A stretch of 64,000 nucleotides of DNA from Ascidiella aspersa (taxonomy: Eukaryota), in contig OZ004607.1 of NCBI GenBank assembly GCA_963924565.1, forward strand, positions 13,764,001 to 13,828,000. Direction: 5' to 3'. The position numbers were made by a program, and so were the translations under genes. Shown here piece after piece: positions 39,354-54,578 of the stretch. Position 1 is the stretch's first letter. Every line of letters starts with the position of its first letter. The notes beneath the pieces were generated by a model. The model was not told the DNA's origin and searched no databases. It worked only from the letters and a program-made list of their open reading frames with translations.

Positions 39354-40642
39354 GAATATTATTTAGTGTAGCAATTTATTTTCTTCATACATCAGCTTCA
39401 GCAAAGCATCCTCTTTAACGCTTTGCGTATAGATGTCGAGGTAAAAACGTAAACAGCTGATTTCATGTGAATCTACTCATCCGTGACGTTTACTAATAGT
39501 AATAATTACACCGAACATTACAGTAACATCAGTAAGGTTCCCACAACAAATTACTTCATAAGTTTAACCACAGCAAAAATTATCACTATAGTTCCTTATA
39601 GGGAAACTGGTGAGTTTACAAGCTTCAATTTACATTTGACCATAAGTAAATGACGAAAGTCAAGTGCAATTTTTTTTATAAACAGAACACCACAAGTCGA
39701 TTTTGCCTTGGGTTTCCAGTGTTGGGGGTAGTTAGGGTCAACCAATAAAAACGATAAAGATAAAATAGTAGATCGGGGTGAAGACTTCTTTTTTAGTCAT
39801 TATTGTCTTGCGTTGATGCTTATTATTTTTTTATTTGCCGATTTTTTGCTCATTTGTGTTGTATCCTTCTGTTATATGGTTTTATATTTTTAATTCCCCA
39901 CAACTAATCATTCGGAAGAATCTTAAATTTCAACGCATTATTGCAAAATTTGCAAAATATTATAACAAGGGAATTCCCGAAAATTGATAATTTTACTGCA
40001 AAACATTCAGCTCATTGAGCGATACAAAATGATGGCATTTTTTAACTAATTATTTTTCCATTCCTGTTTTAAGGTACAAACCAAGGAAAACAGTTTAATA
40101 AACAACCCTAATAAATATGCATAACACTGCAATTTTGTCTGTCCTCTAAATCCGGAATCATGTGAATATTACGACCAAACCAAAGACGACATTAACTAAA
40201 ACAACAATTGACGCTAGGCACAAACGCCTTTGTAAGTTGGCATAAATTTGTACATGAACTATACTCGACGCTATTGTGATTAACAATAACAAACGCTACC
40301 CAAATGAGCTTAAACAGTTTAAAAAGGAAAAAGATTCGCGAAGTGTGAAAACTGTTTGCATTTATGCAGTTAAACTTGACAAAAGGACCACATTTTTGAT
40401 GGACCAGCTGCTACAGGGTGTTCCGACATTTAGCTATACGGATATAGAAAGCCGTGAAAGAACGTGAAGGTTTATTTATTGTAATTTTCAAATAAAACGA
40501 GAAAAGCTCGTACACTGAGAAACACATATGTAAAAAAGTATATAAGGCCACAAAACAATCGTTAAACTCAAAAAGTAAAATGAAGTAAAATGATCGATGG
40601 AAGTTGATTTAAATCTTAACGTCGGCGCTCTGCGATTTAATT

Positions 40643-43600
40643 TTAGCCTAGTTTCTTTTTTGCTATTTGATTGACAAACTCGTCGTAATCGATTCTTCCA
40701 TCTCCGTTCGTGTCAGCTTCCTGCATTAAATTTTCAACATCTTCCTCCGTGTGATTTTCCACCATTACATCCAGCAGTTGCTTCAATTCGTCTTTTTCTA
40801 TGAATCCGTTGCCGCTTTTGTCAATCAACTTTAAAAAGAATAAATGCATAACATAGGCATATTTGGATATTTTTGGCATCTGATATTTTTTCCATCTCCC
40901 TTAGCCTATATGTTTGATCTATGCTCCGAATTGGCTAGCTGGGCCCAATACAACTTTTGTCAAAAGTGCAAAACATATTTACAGGTGGTAACTGCTGGGT
41001 TGCCTTATTTCAACGAAAAATTAGACATTTTTGCTATGATGTTGCAATTAAGAAACTTCGCCGTGCATACTATGGCAGATGGCACCCTCAGGTGAAAGTT
41101 TTGCTTATTTTCGCAGTTTGCAGAAAAATTTGGGGATGTCCGATAATAATATAGAATCGGGGCCGATACCCGGTGCCAAGTGGTAGTATCGGTTCTTGTC
41201 CGATACTATCGGGTGGTATCTGTGCCGATCCCATACCAAATTGATTTATGCTTAACAGCCGTGTTTTTCGATCCAACGTAGAGTTTTCTACTTTTAAAGG
41301 TTAATTTTCAATAAAATATTACATTAAAAATAGAAGATATACAGGATTTCGTAGCGCAAATGTAAATTTCGACCAAATATCTTGGGAATCATTATACCAT
41401 AGCACTTTTCAGTTTAACCAATTTTGCTGATTTGACGTTAGTAATGACGTAATTTGGTATCGGATAGCGACATAATTTTTGCTCAAATTATCAGGTTTCG
41501 GTATCGGCATCCCTAATATAATGTAGCTGACACTCATCTCTGTGACCTTTTATAACGCAGTTTGTGTGCTCATCTCAAAAGTAAATAGCAAATTATGAAG
41601 AAATGTTAAGTTGTGGTAGGATTCCAAACTACCATGTGTCCATAAAACATTTATCGCACATATCTGCACCTCACTGTTTGGTAAAAATGCCAGAAAATGT
41701 AGACTTGACCTAACATTGTACATAGCTTGTATAGAATAGAGTTGTAAAGTATACTTGCATTTAAATAGTTGTGCCAAGACGAAATACTGTTATTAACAGA
41801 AACATTGTGGCTTTTGGTAAAAACGTAAGTTAATTAAAAAAAATGAGATAACCTCATTGGTAGGCTTTTACGTCCCGATTTAGGCCGGATTGTCCCGATT
41901 TTGTCACGACGTCTCGATTAATAACCAAAATGTTCCTTTTTAGTCAGCCAAAATTTTCTATACATTACACGGCTATAAATTTGCTGTGATTATTGTCTGC
42001 GTTGTCAACTTAATGAAGGGTGTTATCTGACGTGCGTTGTCATTTCCTTGCACTTAATATGAATGTAATTGTTACGTCACAATAGCATGTAATTGGTTAA
42101 ATATTTCGTTGATATCTGCGCATAGCTAGTTCAGGAGGTGTTATCTACCAACGAAAGGATTTAAATCTAGTAATGCTACTTGTAAAATGATAGACAAAAA
42201 AAATTCCGCTGTAGCTATTATTGATTTTATAAAATTTTTTGTGTTTTTTCATAATAGTCTAGTTCTAGTAGGAGTGTAAATTGTATTACAGTTGATTATG
42301 ACGAATTACGAAGTCAAATATTTCGCGCAAAAAATTCGCCTTTATCTTTTTTTTCAGTGTAAATTTAATAAAGATAACAACAAAATGTTGGTTTGAACAG
42401 TGTGCGAAAAAAATAAAGGTGAACTTTCTCGCTCGAATTATCTGACTTTTTTATTCGTCGTAATCCAACAGAATACATTTTGTTCTATTTTTTAATCGCG
42501 CCGGAGTTTGCCTTGCAACAAAAATCCCTCTTTAAGTTACATGTTTGGTGACTTCACGCTATAAAAAATGCTATATCCGGTGACTGGAAACGTCCCGATT
42601 TAACCCGAAAAATGTGGTAACCATACTCATAGTGGGCTTTGCACCACCGCACCAACTCACGTAGTTACGTCCCTGTCTGTGGGCCGTAGTTTGGTAATCC
42701 CTTCTTGAGTGTATTGATGGCACACTTGCCATCGACATTGAAAACACATTTGTATTTGGAAAGACACAGCGTTACGAAAACACGAAGTCCAAACAACTGC
42801 GACTATATACGGACGTGATCAATTAACCCTGTTATTACGCGGTTATTCGTACTTCCCGCAAAATGATAAAGCACGTAAATTAACTGATTTTCTAAAAAGG
42901 AAATGCTCGTTTAAATAAGCTTAAGCGCTTAGAAAATATTATATGTTGCCAATACGTCTAACTACGTCAAATGTTGTTTATTTTGTTCTTTTTTTACTAT
43001 GAAAAATCTGCTATAATAATAAAGAAAATTTGCGAAGGAATAACGGAGTTATCATTTATTGTACAAAACTCTTGTTGCAATGCTTTGGGCAGTTACAAAT
43101 CTAAATATACAAGTATTATTGCATCTTTATCCAAATTCTCTTTCATAAAGAGTTTTCTGACAAGTTTATAGTGTAGGAGAAAGCAATTTTCTCCTAATTT
43201 TCCAATTGGCACTGGATAAGTATTTGTCTGCTGCGACTGTTTAAAACTTGAATCCTTGATTTAGTCGCTTTTAACGCTTACGCCAGAAAACGTGCCATTT
43301 ACCGGAACGTTTTAAGACGACTTGGTTATTAGTCCCAAAGCATCTATAAACGCTAAAATCCAGCACATTACTTTTATAAGTGGTAATATTGCAGTTCTTA
43401 TCGTTACCTACAGAATCCCATCTAACGTACTAAATATGAAACGTTTTATTGGGTAAACAATCATTTTTCCGCGTTTACGACTTCCTTGTGAGCATTGGAA
43501 TACGTGCATATAGAGGACAATCTAAAAAACAAAACAGGAAATATACCTCAAAAGCGTGTTTTAACTCTTCTGCTTCAATAAACTCGGACCTTGCCTTGTC

Positions 43601-43891
43601 CCTCGTAACACGTTGAAAGTCTTCAAAGGTAATGTTGCCCTTGGTACTGAATTCCGCCATAATCTCAGCCAACTCGTCGGAACGTACGTAAAAGCCGAGA
43701 GCACTAAACATTTTCTTGAGGTCATTTTCCTGCAGTTCGCCTTTTCCTTGGCTGTCAAATATGTCGAACATAGCTTTCAGCTCGGCTACATCTTCCTTAT
43801 CCACCGAGCTGCCGCGGCGAATCCAGTCCGTTTTAGACATTTCGCTCAACGTTTTCTTAGTATTGCGGTTAGCGTCAGCAGCTGCGCTCAT
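40643..43891 (-). CDS. Calmodulin-like EF-hand protein, copy B; exons 43547-43891 and 40643-40828
   Basis: Close paralog of copy A (WIRRGSSVDKEDVAELKAMFDIFDSQGKG...LKHAFE|LIDKSGNGFIEKDE...DTNGDGRIDYDEF) with the same intron position. Confidence 0.9.
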
Positions 43892-45720
43892 GTGAAATCT
43901 GTCAACAAAAAGTTGTAAACGTTCTCGTTATAAGCAATGCGCCGGAAAACAGACGCACGACTAAACTTGGGTTTAGGCAAGTACAGGCAAGCAGGGCAAA
44001 GCACGATGGTAATTCATTGCCCTTTAGAATTTATAAATTTTATTGTTTTTAAATGTCAATCGTATCCATTTCCCACGGAACGAAACGTTCACGGAAACTA
44101 TAGGGGTTCCCCGCGGTATTAGTGCGTGATTTGGGGACTGTGTATTTATATAGCAAATCAGGATATAAAATGTCAATGCTTTCTTTAAAAAGACAAATTT
44201 TACAGCTATATGTGATGTAAGTCCATTCAACTAACCACCCAGTTGTATTCATATATGTTTATCGATTTTTATTTACAATATAAAAAAACGATCAAATGGT
44301 TGTTACAATACAAACACTGGAACAAAAGTCAACATTTAATTATAGTTAATTCCCCCCAAAAAACACATTAAAACCTACTCAACTTTGCATGACCAAATAG
44401 CCACATATTTACGTTCCAGAATATTGGGATTTGAATATTTCGTGACAGTGAAGGAAATGGACTTTGATGTCCAAATAATCGTGTGCAACTGTTGACCTGT
44501 GCGTTCCGAAATTAGAAAAAATGCATTTACATACCGGCAGTTAAAACTCAAAACATATCATTTGGGTGAAAGGTGGTCTGAATTCGACCTTGTATTGTTT
44601 TGAAAGTTCCTTGTGTGTTATAAACGTATTTTAAATGGAATTTCTGATGTTACCAAAAATGCAACATTGTCCAACGGCGCATTTTCTACAATTAAGTTTT
44701 CAGGTAATTGTAGGCAACCGATAGTACTTTTTGGACTGATACCGATAACCAATTTTTATGTTTTTGTCAACCGATACCGTTTGGTTTACATATACCTAAG
44801 ATAGTAATAACTCTAATGACTTAAACAACTAATGCAAATAGTATTCAGTTTATCGTATTTAATAATGCAATTTTATTTTCCATATCAATTTTGCATGACA
44901 CAGAACACAGTAAACCGAACGCTATGTTAAATTATTTGACCATATAAAAAAACATAAAAGGGCAAGTTTGCACGTCAAGAAAAAAGCAATATTGTATGTT
45001 TCTAGGGAAAAGCGATACGGCTGATATATCGGCCCAAATTTACCGATACTAAGATATCGGTCGATATTTTAAGCTAAACCGATATATAGGCCTATCACAG
45101 AAAAACACTAATCTAGAAACATGAATTTTTGCCATTTACGCTCCTATTGATGATGCAAGTTGTTAAGTATCGCATTCCGATCTGGTACCAAATGATCTTA
45201 TTACTATATTCAGACAAGCAAAATAGATGGAATTGAAACGTTCAAAGGTATTTTAATCAGGTCATTAGGAATAGTAAGCTGCCTTAAGCATTTACAAGCG
45301 TATTTATCTCCAGTAGTTGTTCTACTATTTTTCGATCAATCTACCTTTCAAGGTAGAAATCGCTGAGTTAAGATTGCATTTTGTCTGACTACATTTAAAA
45401 GTCAAATGCTGTGTTGTTTACATTTGGCCATACTTACCTTTCTACGTATTTTTCACAGTAAAATTGCGACAAACATTTACAGATAAATAGAAATATATTA
45501 TACGCCAACACCAACATGGCATCCTCTGCTAACGCTTATAGTATCTCGAACTGTGTGTTTTTACTTTGTGACAAAGTACCACGACAGAATATTGAAAGAA
45601 AAAATATATTCAGAAATAGGAAAAACATGACGAATATTTGCACGAGCCGCCAGCAGCTTTCGGCGCCTAAACTTTGCACTTGAGATGGTGGTGGGTGGGG
45701 GGCACTAGAGGCACCCAGAA

Positions 45721-48700
45721 TTAGGCGCTTCCGGCCTGAATGACCTTGAAAAGGGCGGTGACCTGGCCCGACTTGATAGCATCGCGAGATTGCGCAACAA
45801 CCTGGGTCTGGAATTTCCCAACTGCAAAAAATACAAAACCAGCAAACTGGTTAAAGTCATTTGGCGTAAAGTCGAAAATTCTTTTAGATTTTCGAATATA
45901 CTCGGTTTTATAGAACTACGTGTGGTGTCAAACAGTAAAGTAAGATGAAAATGGTCGGTCAGATGCAAGACTTAGTGATTTGAATTAAGCCTTTACACTC
46001 GATATTATGTTTTTACTTGAAAGACGTAAAACAATCACGCAAAGTGCGAACAAAATGCGATTGCTAAGCAGGATAAAAAATCGAAAAATATTGCATTCAT
46101 GTAGGTAAAAAGCCTAAACATATCGTTTGGGTGGGAGTGGGTCTGGATCCCCCTGTTGCGAGAGTTGCTGGTGCGTTAAATATTAGAACAAACACAATAA
46201 ATATTAGAACAAAACATCAATGTTTTGATTTTACCAATAAAGCAACTTTGTACCAACTACACCTGACAAAAAGCGATTGACTTGAGACGCGATGTACTTA
46301 AATATTTTTCAGATTTTTGAAGAAAATTAAGCTGCGATTCGGCGTTCGTTTTGCATTCACAATTAGTTACGTTTGCTAAAGTTGATTTCCACTAGACGCG
46401 TTATGTTTCTGGCGTTAGAGTCTGGCTCAAAACGCTTGCGTCGCTTCTAACCGAAAGCGTCAAAGTTTAATATTAGACGCGTCTACTGTAAACCAACCTT
46501 TACCATTTGGCATTTACTGTACATTACCACCCATACATATTTACAGCTAGCCTAAGTGTGAGATAATTTCCGAGTTTTGCTGTAAAGGCTTTTACGTTTT
46601 ATTACTTAAAATAAAACTATTCCAAAAAATATCACTATTCTAAAATAAGGCTGGCGTAAAAAAGAGGCACGCGATAATTATGAAATCTTCAATATCAGTA
46701 AAAGTAAAATACGTTCTTCATTTAACGGCCTTTGCATGGACTTTTTACCCAACGTTTTTAAACTGGTTCACAGACCTCTAAGCTGAGCGGCCTTCTGGAT
46801 GATTTGATTGACAGCCTTGAGCGATTTGACTAGTTCCTGGTGGTTGGTGGAGCGCACGTGATAACCACTGATCAGCTCACGGTTGAGGTTCTGCAGTTCG
46901 ACGTAGCCCTTTCGCATGTTTAAGCTGTGGCGATACATTACAGGTGGTTACAGCCAGTGTTGGACAACCATAGGTATTCTACAGTTCACAACTGATTATA
47001 GTTTTAATATCAACTAAGGATAGCTTATGTGCTTTAATTCTAGTTTGATTTTACCAAAAATGCAACTTTGTCCGACAAAATTTTAATCTCTCAGTGGAAA
47101 CTCAAAATTTAAACAAATATTCTTTGGAATTTGAATTAACATTTATTTGACTTAACTAATTCTAGTTTATTTTCTATTTTTTCATGAATTCGGTAAAGGG
47201 TTTTTTTATTTTTTATTTTTTTACATTTTTGTATGGCTGTCAGTTTTTGGTTGACCGCAAGTCAGAAAGGTTGCAGAGCAGTGTTTTAATCAAAACATGA
47301 ACTCACACGTCATCCTGCAGTCTTGCGTCTTCTGCGCGGACAACCAGGCTTTTGATAAGGTTTGAGTGGTCGGTCATTTCGGCGGCAAGCTTTTGGTTGA
47401 CCCCGTGAAGGTTATCCACCTAAACGAAACATTGATGACGTTGCAAGGTAACTGAGAAAACGCAAGTCTTAAGGCTGTTATTAAAAAAAATAAGTTAAAG
47501 TCGATAAACGGCACTATTTAGCGTAGATAAATAATTAGGTGTTTTCATTGAAATCTGTGCTTCGTCCAATAATTTTAAATAAAAGTTTTTATTTGTAGCC
47601 TTTTTAGGCTGAGAGATATGTTTTTGTTTGTTTACTAATTTAAAACAAAGTGTGGTGTGTTTAAATAAAAAAAATTATATTTACAAACTAATTAGCCAGC
47701 CCTTATTCAGGCTTAGTTATAAAACACTTACACGCATGTCGCATTGTTAATAGTTGTGAAAACAATAGGGACTCACAACGTTCATTATTTCGGCGAGTCG
47801 TTCAAGATGCATGGGGAAGTGCGCTGTCACTTGGAGGTCTTTAATGCTCAGATAGGAGGCCAGCGATTGGATGACCTCACCCGCCAAGTCGATGTTGTCG
47901 GTGCGAATAACCGTCTAAAAACAATAATTGGCAATAATGAACTCCGTTCAAGAAAATATAATATTTGGTTGGGCTACTTGTATTAGGCTTTCTTCAACAG
48001 CAGAATTACAGGTAAATTCGATGTAGGATACAGCAGAAAAGGGCTGTATAGAATAGGGCAAATAAAGCCTAAGGTTTCTCAATAATGGCCCTAGGTCCCC
48101 TTGAGTACTACGTAGAGGTTTTCAATTACTCTTATATGTTTTAGCCGGCACCAACGCCTAGCAGTTTCACCAACTAAATAGCCGCTTAAAAACGGCAACA
48201 CGGCATACAGCAAGAGTTGACTATTTAGTAATTAATCAAAGTGAACGCACCTGGCCGTTAGCGTCGACTGAAATGAAGAGTTCGCCTCCCCTGAGTGCCA
48301 CAAAGCGAGCGTCGATCGAGTTTTCACACGGGATCTCGTGCGGCATCAGGAAGTTTTCGTTTAACCAGATCGCCACCTGGAATGCAGGAAAAAGTTATGA
48401 AAAGAAAAAGCAAAGGTGACATCTTCTGAAATAACTCTGTTTTTTATGACTAAATGCGTTACGGTTTTGTGAGGTTTTTTATCGTGCCGTATAGATGCCT
48501 CGGCACTTACCAACGTGGCGTCATATAATTTTTCGCTTTTTGGGAAACATTTTTGTCCGCAAAGGGTAGTTAGTCGATCAAAAATTAAAAATATGAAATT
48601 TGAGAACGCGAAAACACAACTCCAGTACAGATGAAGTTTAACAACAGGCATCAGCAATAGCAAAATATAGAAACGATTATAACAATCTTACCCTTTGTAT

Positions 48701-51700
48701 TCTTTCGCTGACCGTAAACGTGACAGAACTCTGTGGCATTGTTGTAATGTTCATGTCGTACAGGTAGGAAGCGAACGCGGGTAGCTTGTTGGTCACCTCG
48801 AACACGTGGAAGTTGAAGCTATATGTGGGAAAGAACGGACGTGGAATGATTTGTGTTTCTTGGAAGGTCAAGGTTAAACCATTGGTACAAGGTAAAACCA
48901 TTGGTACAAGGTAAAACCATTGGTTGCGTAAAATTTATAGTTAACATTTAAAAACTGAACTCGTCCAGTTAGCGGCCAATCATATCACAATAAATTGTAA
49001 CTTGATATGAAGTTATTATGTATCCTTAATAATAACACAACAATTCTAAACGTAAAGTCTGTGCAAGTATACACAAGAATCTATATAAATTGTTCGAAAC
49101 ACAAATATGTTTAATCGAAAGACGAACTCTCCAACCTTCCAGGTAAACTGACGAAAGCTTGTATGTTAAGATCCACAGGGGCGTCCTTAAGTGGGTAAAG
49201 CGGGACTCGTATTTGGTTGCTCAGTTTGTTCAGCGGCGGATGCCTGACGATATGCATAAAACAAGAACATCATAAATGAGCTCTCTTTTGATGTACTGAA
49301 GCGAGACGCTTTCTGTAGCCTCGTGTTGCGTGAAAAAGACAGAGAATTACAAAATGCAATGCACAATACGAGAGCGAAAGAATAAAGGCTGGCCGGTTCG
49401 GTGTAATCATGTGCGTCGACAAACATAAAACCTCAACAAAATTCCTAAATTATTCGATTTTGGAGATGCTATTTTTTTATTTTAAGAAGGCAAAGAAGTG
49501 CTGCTGATGATTGTTAGGCAACGTTAAAAGTTTCAACGATATTTTTTCAACAAATTAATAACAGTTAGTCAGATAATAAACAGACAGTTACCTATTGAAA
49601 CATATATATTCCCCCCAAAATATGTTGATACTTACACCACGTGACTTTCTCCATCGAACATTCCTTCGGCGAAAATCACCACCATCCTCACAATTGTTTC
49701 TGCAAAACAACCGAAAAAAAATTTCAGCTAACCAGAAAGTTATATTCGGTTTTATAGAGGCAGAATATTTTTTTACTGGTCGTGTTCATCCACCGCTGGA
49801 ATAAAACGAGCCCCAGTAATATTAACAGAATTTTTGCACACACGATCAGAGACAACTAACCGTTAGTCGTTGACACTACAAGTTCCACGCGTGGCTGGTT
49901 GCTTGTTTGGTTGATCACCACGTTGGTGTTCAGCGATGTGTTGACCTGCAAGTTTTACATTAGAACTACAAATGCTGAAAGGTTTATGACAAAAATCCAC
50001 TAGGACTGTTTTTAAAACAACTGGAAAATACATTTTTTTTAATTTACAAATTACCTTAAAAATGTTAAAACGAATAACAGATGTAAAAGCACAATTGAGG
50101 AATATAGACAATAACGCCTTATATATATCCTACTCAAATAGGACATTGTAACTGTAAAAAATTCGCGATTATCTTTAACTAAATTAAATGAGCGTTCGGA
50201 GCACAGGCGCATCTATTTGTTTATGCTTTGCATCTGGTAAAAAGCTCTAAAAACATGTGCCCCTCTGTTAAAATCCGGTTGCTACCGCAGTCAAATAAGG
50301 TTGCCCGCTGTTACATTTCAACGCTTCATTTGTATACAAGCGGTCATTCATAGAACTGGCGAGGATACAAGCTTTGGCAAAAGTTCTATTGTTCGGTTGC
50401 CGTATTTAGCACATTTCAAAACCGACTGATACGTAAATCGACATCATCTTGGCGCATTAATCAAATCAAGTCCGGTTTATACATTTCCCCACGCACCGGA
50501 ATGATCCCTGCCTCGGTCTTCTCGGAAGAGGTAAACTTGGTCGATTTCAGGAGATCGCGCTCGCGTTCGTAGTTCTGTAGTTCCAGCAGCAGGTTCTGCT
50601 TGCTCAGGTTGAGCTCGCGCAGGTCGGTGGTGGCGCGGTTGGCGTCGGCCACCCGGCCCCGACCCTTGTCGCCCTGGTAACCACGCACCTCGCCGTCCAC
50701 CGAGCAGCAGATGAGCTGGTCTTTGCCGTCGAGCCTGCGACAAAGGGTTCGGTTCATATATACGTTAAAGAAGAAGTTTTAAAGTTGTACGAGTAAACAA
50801 ATTTGGGTTGAAACACTTTGTTGAGCGATGTGTTTTAAACAAATCTCTTCTTTTAAATAGAAGCTACTGATGAATTGTGTTAAAGGCAGTTCGAACGTCA
50901 TGTGATGTATGACATAATGAGTCCTAAACAACAATTTTAGGCATGTAAAGTGGTACTTTGTGTGTACTGCATTCTATTTGCGTTAAGTTTATGCTTTATT
51001 CTTTATAAAGGGTATGCCACATGTCTAGCTTTATATAAATGATCTGATCCTCTGTAGTTAATGTAAATGTGTACTTTCTTAGCACTACACAAAGCGTTAT
51101 ATTTTATTAATAAAGCTGAGAAGTGGCGAACAGGAAATTCCTAAATTAACATATCGCGCACTTGGTGTGGTCATTTAGTGACTTAAAGTAAACCATTTTT
51201 TCAATCCTTGCTAAAAGAGAATACTTCTGGGTCTTTGGCGAAGTAACCAACTCATTTTTATAAAGTATTTATTTGGAACATAGCGTTGTGAAATTGTCAC
51301 GGGTAAATTTAAGTTTCATATGAGATCGCTGAGGTTTTCAATTAGGCACTTAGGGACTAATTGACAGTGTTGAAATGACTTAAGTCAAATACTCAACTTA
51401 AGTGTACTTAAGTGACTGATTTTAAATTATATTATTTGACTTAAGTCCTTTGGACAAATGACTTGAGTTGGACTTTAGTGTTTGTAACAAATGGATTTTT
51501 TCCAATGAATTAACTTAGAGATGATTTGCTCTAATTATGACCTGACCTGAGCAATTGATCACTTTGGCTGGGACTTGGTATTTTTAACAAAAGGCCTGAA
51601 TTTTACTAAAATGTTTTTTCAAATTGACTGGGATTTAGGTCAATTTGAAAAGACTTTTCACAATGCTGCTAATTAACAAACCTGTCATAAGTGAATGCAT

Positions 51701-54347
51701 GTTTTCTAAACATAAACAATGATATCTCATTGTACTATACCGTGCAACTTAAAAAATGTTACCTGTAATCAGCATCCACCATACCAGCTACTGCACTACT
51801 CATGTTATCTTTAAAAATGATTTCTCCAGTGGCGTTGCTCCGTGCGTCAATCTGGAAATGACAAGCATGTACTAAGTATCTATATATGTTATTAGATATT
51901 AGATATCTATATATATTATTATATATATAGATATATATATATCTATATATATACATATAAATATATTATTTATGATACATAGCAGTGATAGTTAATGGTA
52001 ATATATATTCTTTGATCAGACAGAGTTGTTTAATGCTATTAGACATGTAAAAATGAAAAATCTAAAATCTACCTTTCCATTGGACCAACCAGTTATAAGC
52101 TCTGGTACACCATCACCATCCAAGTCAAAGCTGTGAATGGCCATAACTTGATTTTTTGACTGCATGAATTTAAAGAGAAAATTGTTATCAAACTTACTGA
52201 AATCACAAAACTATAAATAAGTTGGGATCAAAATATTACCTACAGACTAATGTAAATTGGTTTGAATTTTTTTTGACAAACATGTCAAACTTGTTTAAGT
52301 TTAACTATATACTATAACAAACAGTTAACCAAACTATATTAAACCTTTATTCTCCAGTATCTTGCGGATCGGTCGTAAACACCAACTGTGCCATTTGCAA
52401 GGGCATACCCAAAACGACTTCCAGATACTGGGCAAAGTCCAGTAATAGCCTTCAAACAATTAGATAAACAACATTGTTGATTACAATCATATATTATTTA
52501 ACTATTAAATTGACAGCACTAGTCACCACCTACAGCTTACCTCAGTTTCTGTCATTTCTGCAATAATTTCATCCCCATGAAAAACTCTAATGTCATAATC
52601 TTCGGAACCAACAAGAAGCTAACAGAAACAAACATTAGACGAATATTTAATATATATACCCGATGTTTCTATTCATTCAGTATCAGTGGGCCAACTAACA
52701 TACCTCAAGGTTACCATCATTAGTAAAATCTGCAAGGGTCAATGCGGACACCACATCGCCAGTAACCTGAAAAAGAAAAAATAACTTAAAATGCAAAAGT
52801 TAAGGGATAAGTGTGTAGTTTTGGTATTATATTCAACAAAGACTTTCAACTTCAAAACAATAGCAGACATATTTAAATAAGACATTGTTTTAATAAAATG
52901 TCATAAGGACACTTTGAACATGAGAATAAAACAGCACACAGTATCTTCGGAATATTTAAAAAATTTAAAACTGTTTGTTGCACTTACTGTCCAAAATAAG
53001 TCTTCTCCAGTATGGTCAAAACCTTGAATTGTGCAGTTTCCTCCAGCAATAACAAGAGGATTTTCAATGTTGTGAATTTTACCAATCACTAGGCTGTTGA
53101 CACCATCGGGAACCTTTAGGTTACAAACATATAACACACACACATGTGCAACATTGGGCTCTGTTACATCTGTATTATTTTAACTTATAGGGTTGTAACT
53201 TAAAGAAAGTTAACTTTCACTGGGTGCCAAGTTATTTTTCCAAAGTTACAAGTAGTACAACTAAGCAATTATAGTGCTTTTAGGTCCAAAATTCTTTAAA
53301 AAATATGTCATGGGTAAACAAAAATCCAAAAAAAATATTTAACAAGCAAAAAATTACATTTATGAGCCTCTATTGACATAAATGCTCTATATTATTTACT
53401 GAGCCCCACAAAATGCTATTATGTGGTATTGTTTTGGGCTATTTAAAATCATTTTTCTAGTTAGTTTTTCAGGACTGTAGATGGTGAAACAAATTTCCCT
53501 GAACATTAACATATGATGAGCAAATCATATGATGAGCAAGTTATACTGAATATTTTGTGATTCACAATCTATACTTAACAATTAAACGGTTAAAAGATAC
53601 TGAAAGGTTAATTGACAGAGTCAAATCTAACTTCTTTAAAATAAGTGTTTTTAACATAGTTTTATCCGTACAGCTTAGTTAATTTTTGTATTCCCACTTA
53701 ACTTACATCTTTGTAAAATAAGTCTTTGTTGTCGTGGACATCATAAGCCAGTAAATTTGTTTGCGTTCCAATACACAGTGCATCTCTGTTTGTTGTTGGA
53801 TCCAGCCTACCAGCACTGACAGCGCTCACTGACTGGTTTATGGTCAACAAACTGATATCTGAATCCTGTACAGCCAATCTTCCTCCGGCAATGGCCTGGC
53901 TATGAGGATTGTGAACAAACACCTTTTTAAAAAAACAGTTTCAATTAGTTAAAAAAACACACAAAAAACACTATTATGACTATAAAAACTGTTAAACGAA
54001 CAAAAAATATTAAAGGTACCTGAAAAAAAAAACAATTTTATTGTGTAATATCTCTGGAAGTAAACAAGATATCCATCAGAAATTTTTACACATAACTCAA
54101 AGCAATCTAACTGATCGATATCTTGTATACTTCCGGAGATATTACACGATGATATTTCGAGCTGCGCATTTCCCTGTGGTACAACAGAATATATTCTGTT
54201 TGGATAACTCTTGTTAGAAATCATTCACACCTTTGAGGCAGTAGTTCCACATGTTAGACACGGATGTAGACCATCATATTTTCCAACTGTTACCAAATGC
54301 GGGTGGATTTTGTGTTTAATTTTAAGTGTAAAGATCGGAACCAACAT
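45721..54347 (-). CDS. BBS2: Bardet-Biedl syndrome 2 protein (BBSome core); 18 exons from 54231-54347 to 45721-45821
   Basis: MLVPIFTLK...[115 protein letters not shown] motifs in phase-consistent exons. Confidence 0.95.
48871..48923. repeat. Short tandem repeat, 20-bp unit x ~2.6 (AAAACCATTGGTACAAGGT core)
   Basis: Directly visible in a BBS2 intron. Confidence 0.7.
51875..51970. repeat. (TA)n-rich low-complexity tract
   Basis: Alternating TA with GA/CT interruptions. Confidence 0.7.
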
Positions 54348-54565
54348 TTTAATGCACCACTTTAAAAGTAAAAACTTAATCAGAATACTTAAGAAACCTA
54401 TCTTGCAAATATATTATAAAAGAAATAAAAATACGATACCAAAAAACGTTAAATGTTGTGAAGTTAGCAAACATTCAGGACTTTAACATTACTAAGACTT
54501 CCAGAAAAATGCATCACAACAAAAGGGGTTCATTATACAGAAGAATTTATTTTACGCGTTGGTCT

Positions 54566-54578
54566 GTTGCCTACAAAC
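54566..54578. promoter_or_regulatory. Candidate RFX X-box upstream of BBS2
   Basis: GTTGCCTACAAAC (one strong GTTGCC half-site) ~220 bp upstream of the BBS2 ATG; BBS genes are known RFX targets. Confidence 0.35.
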
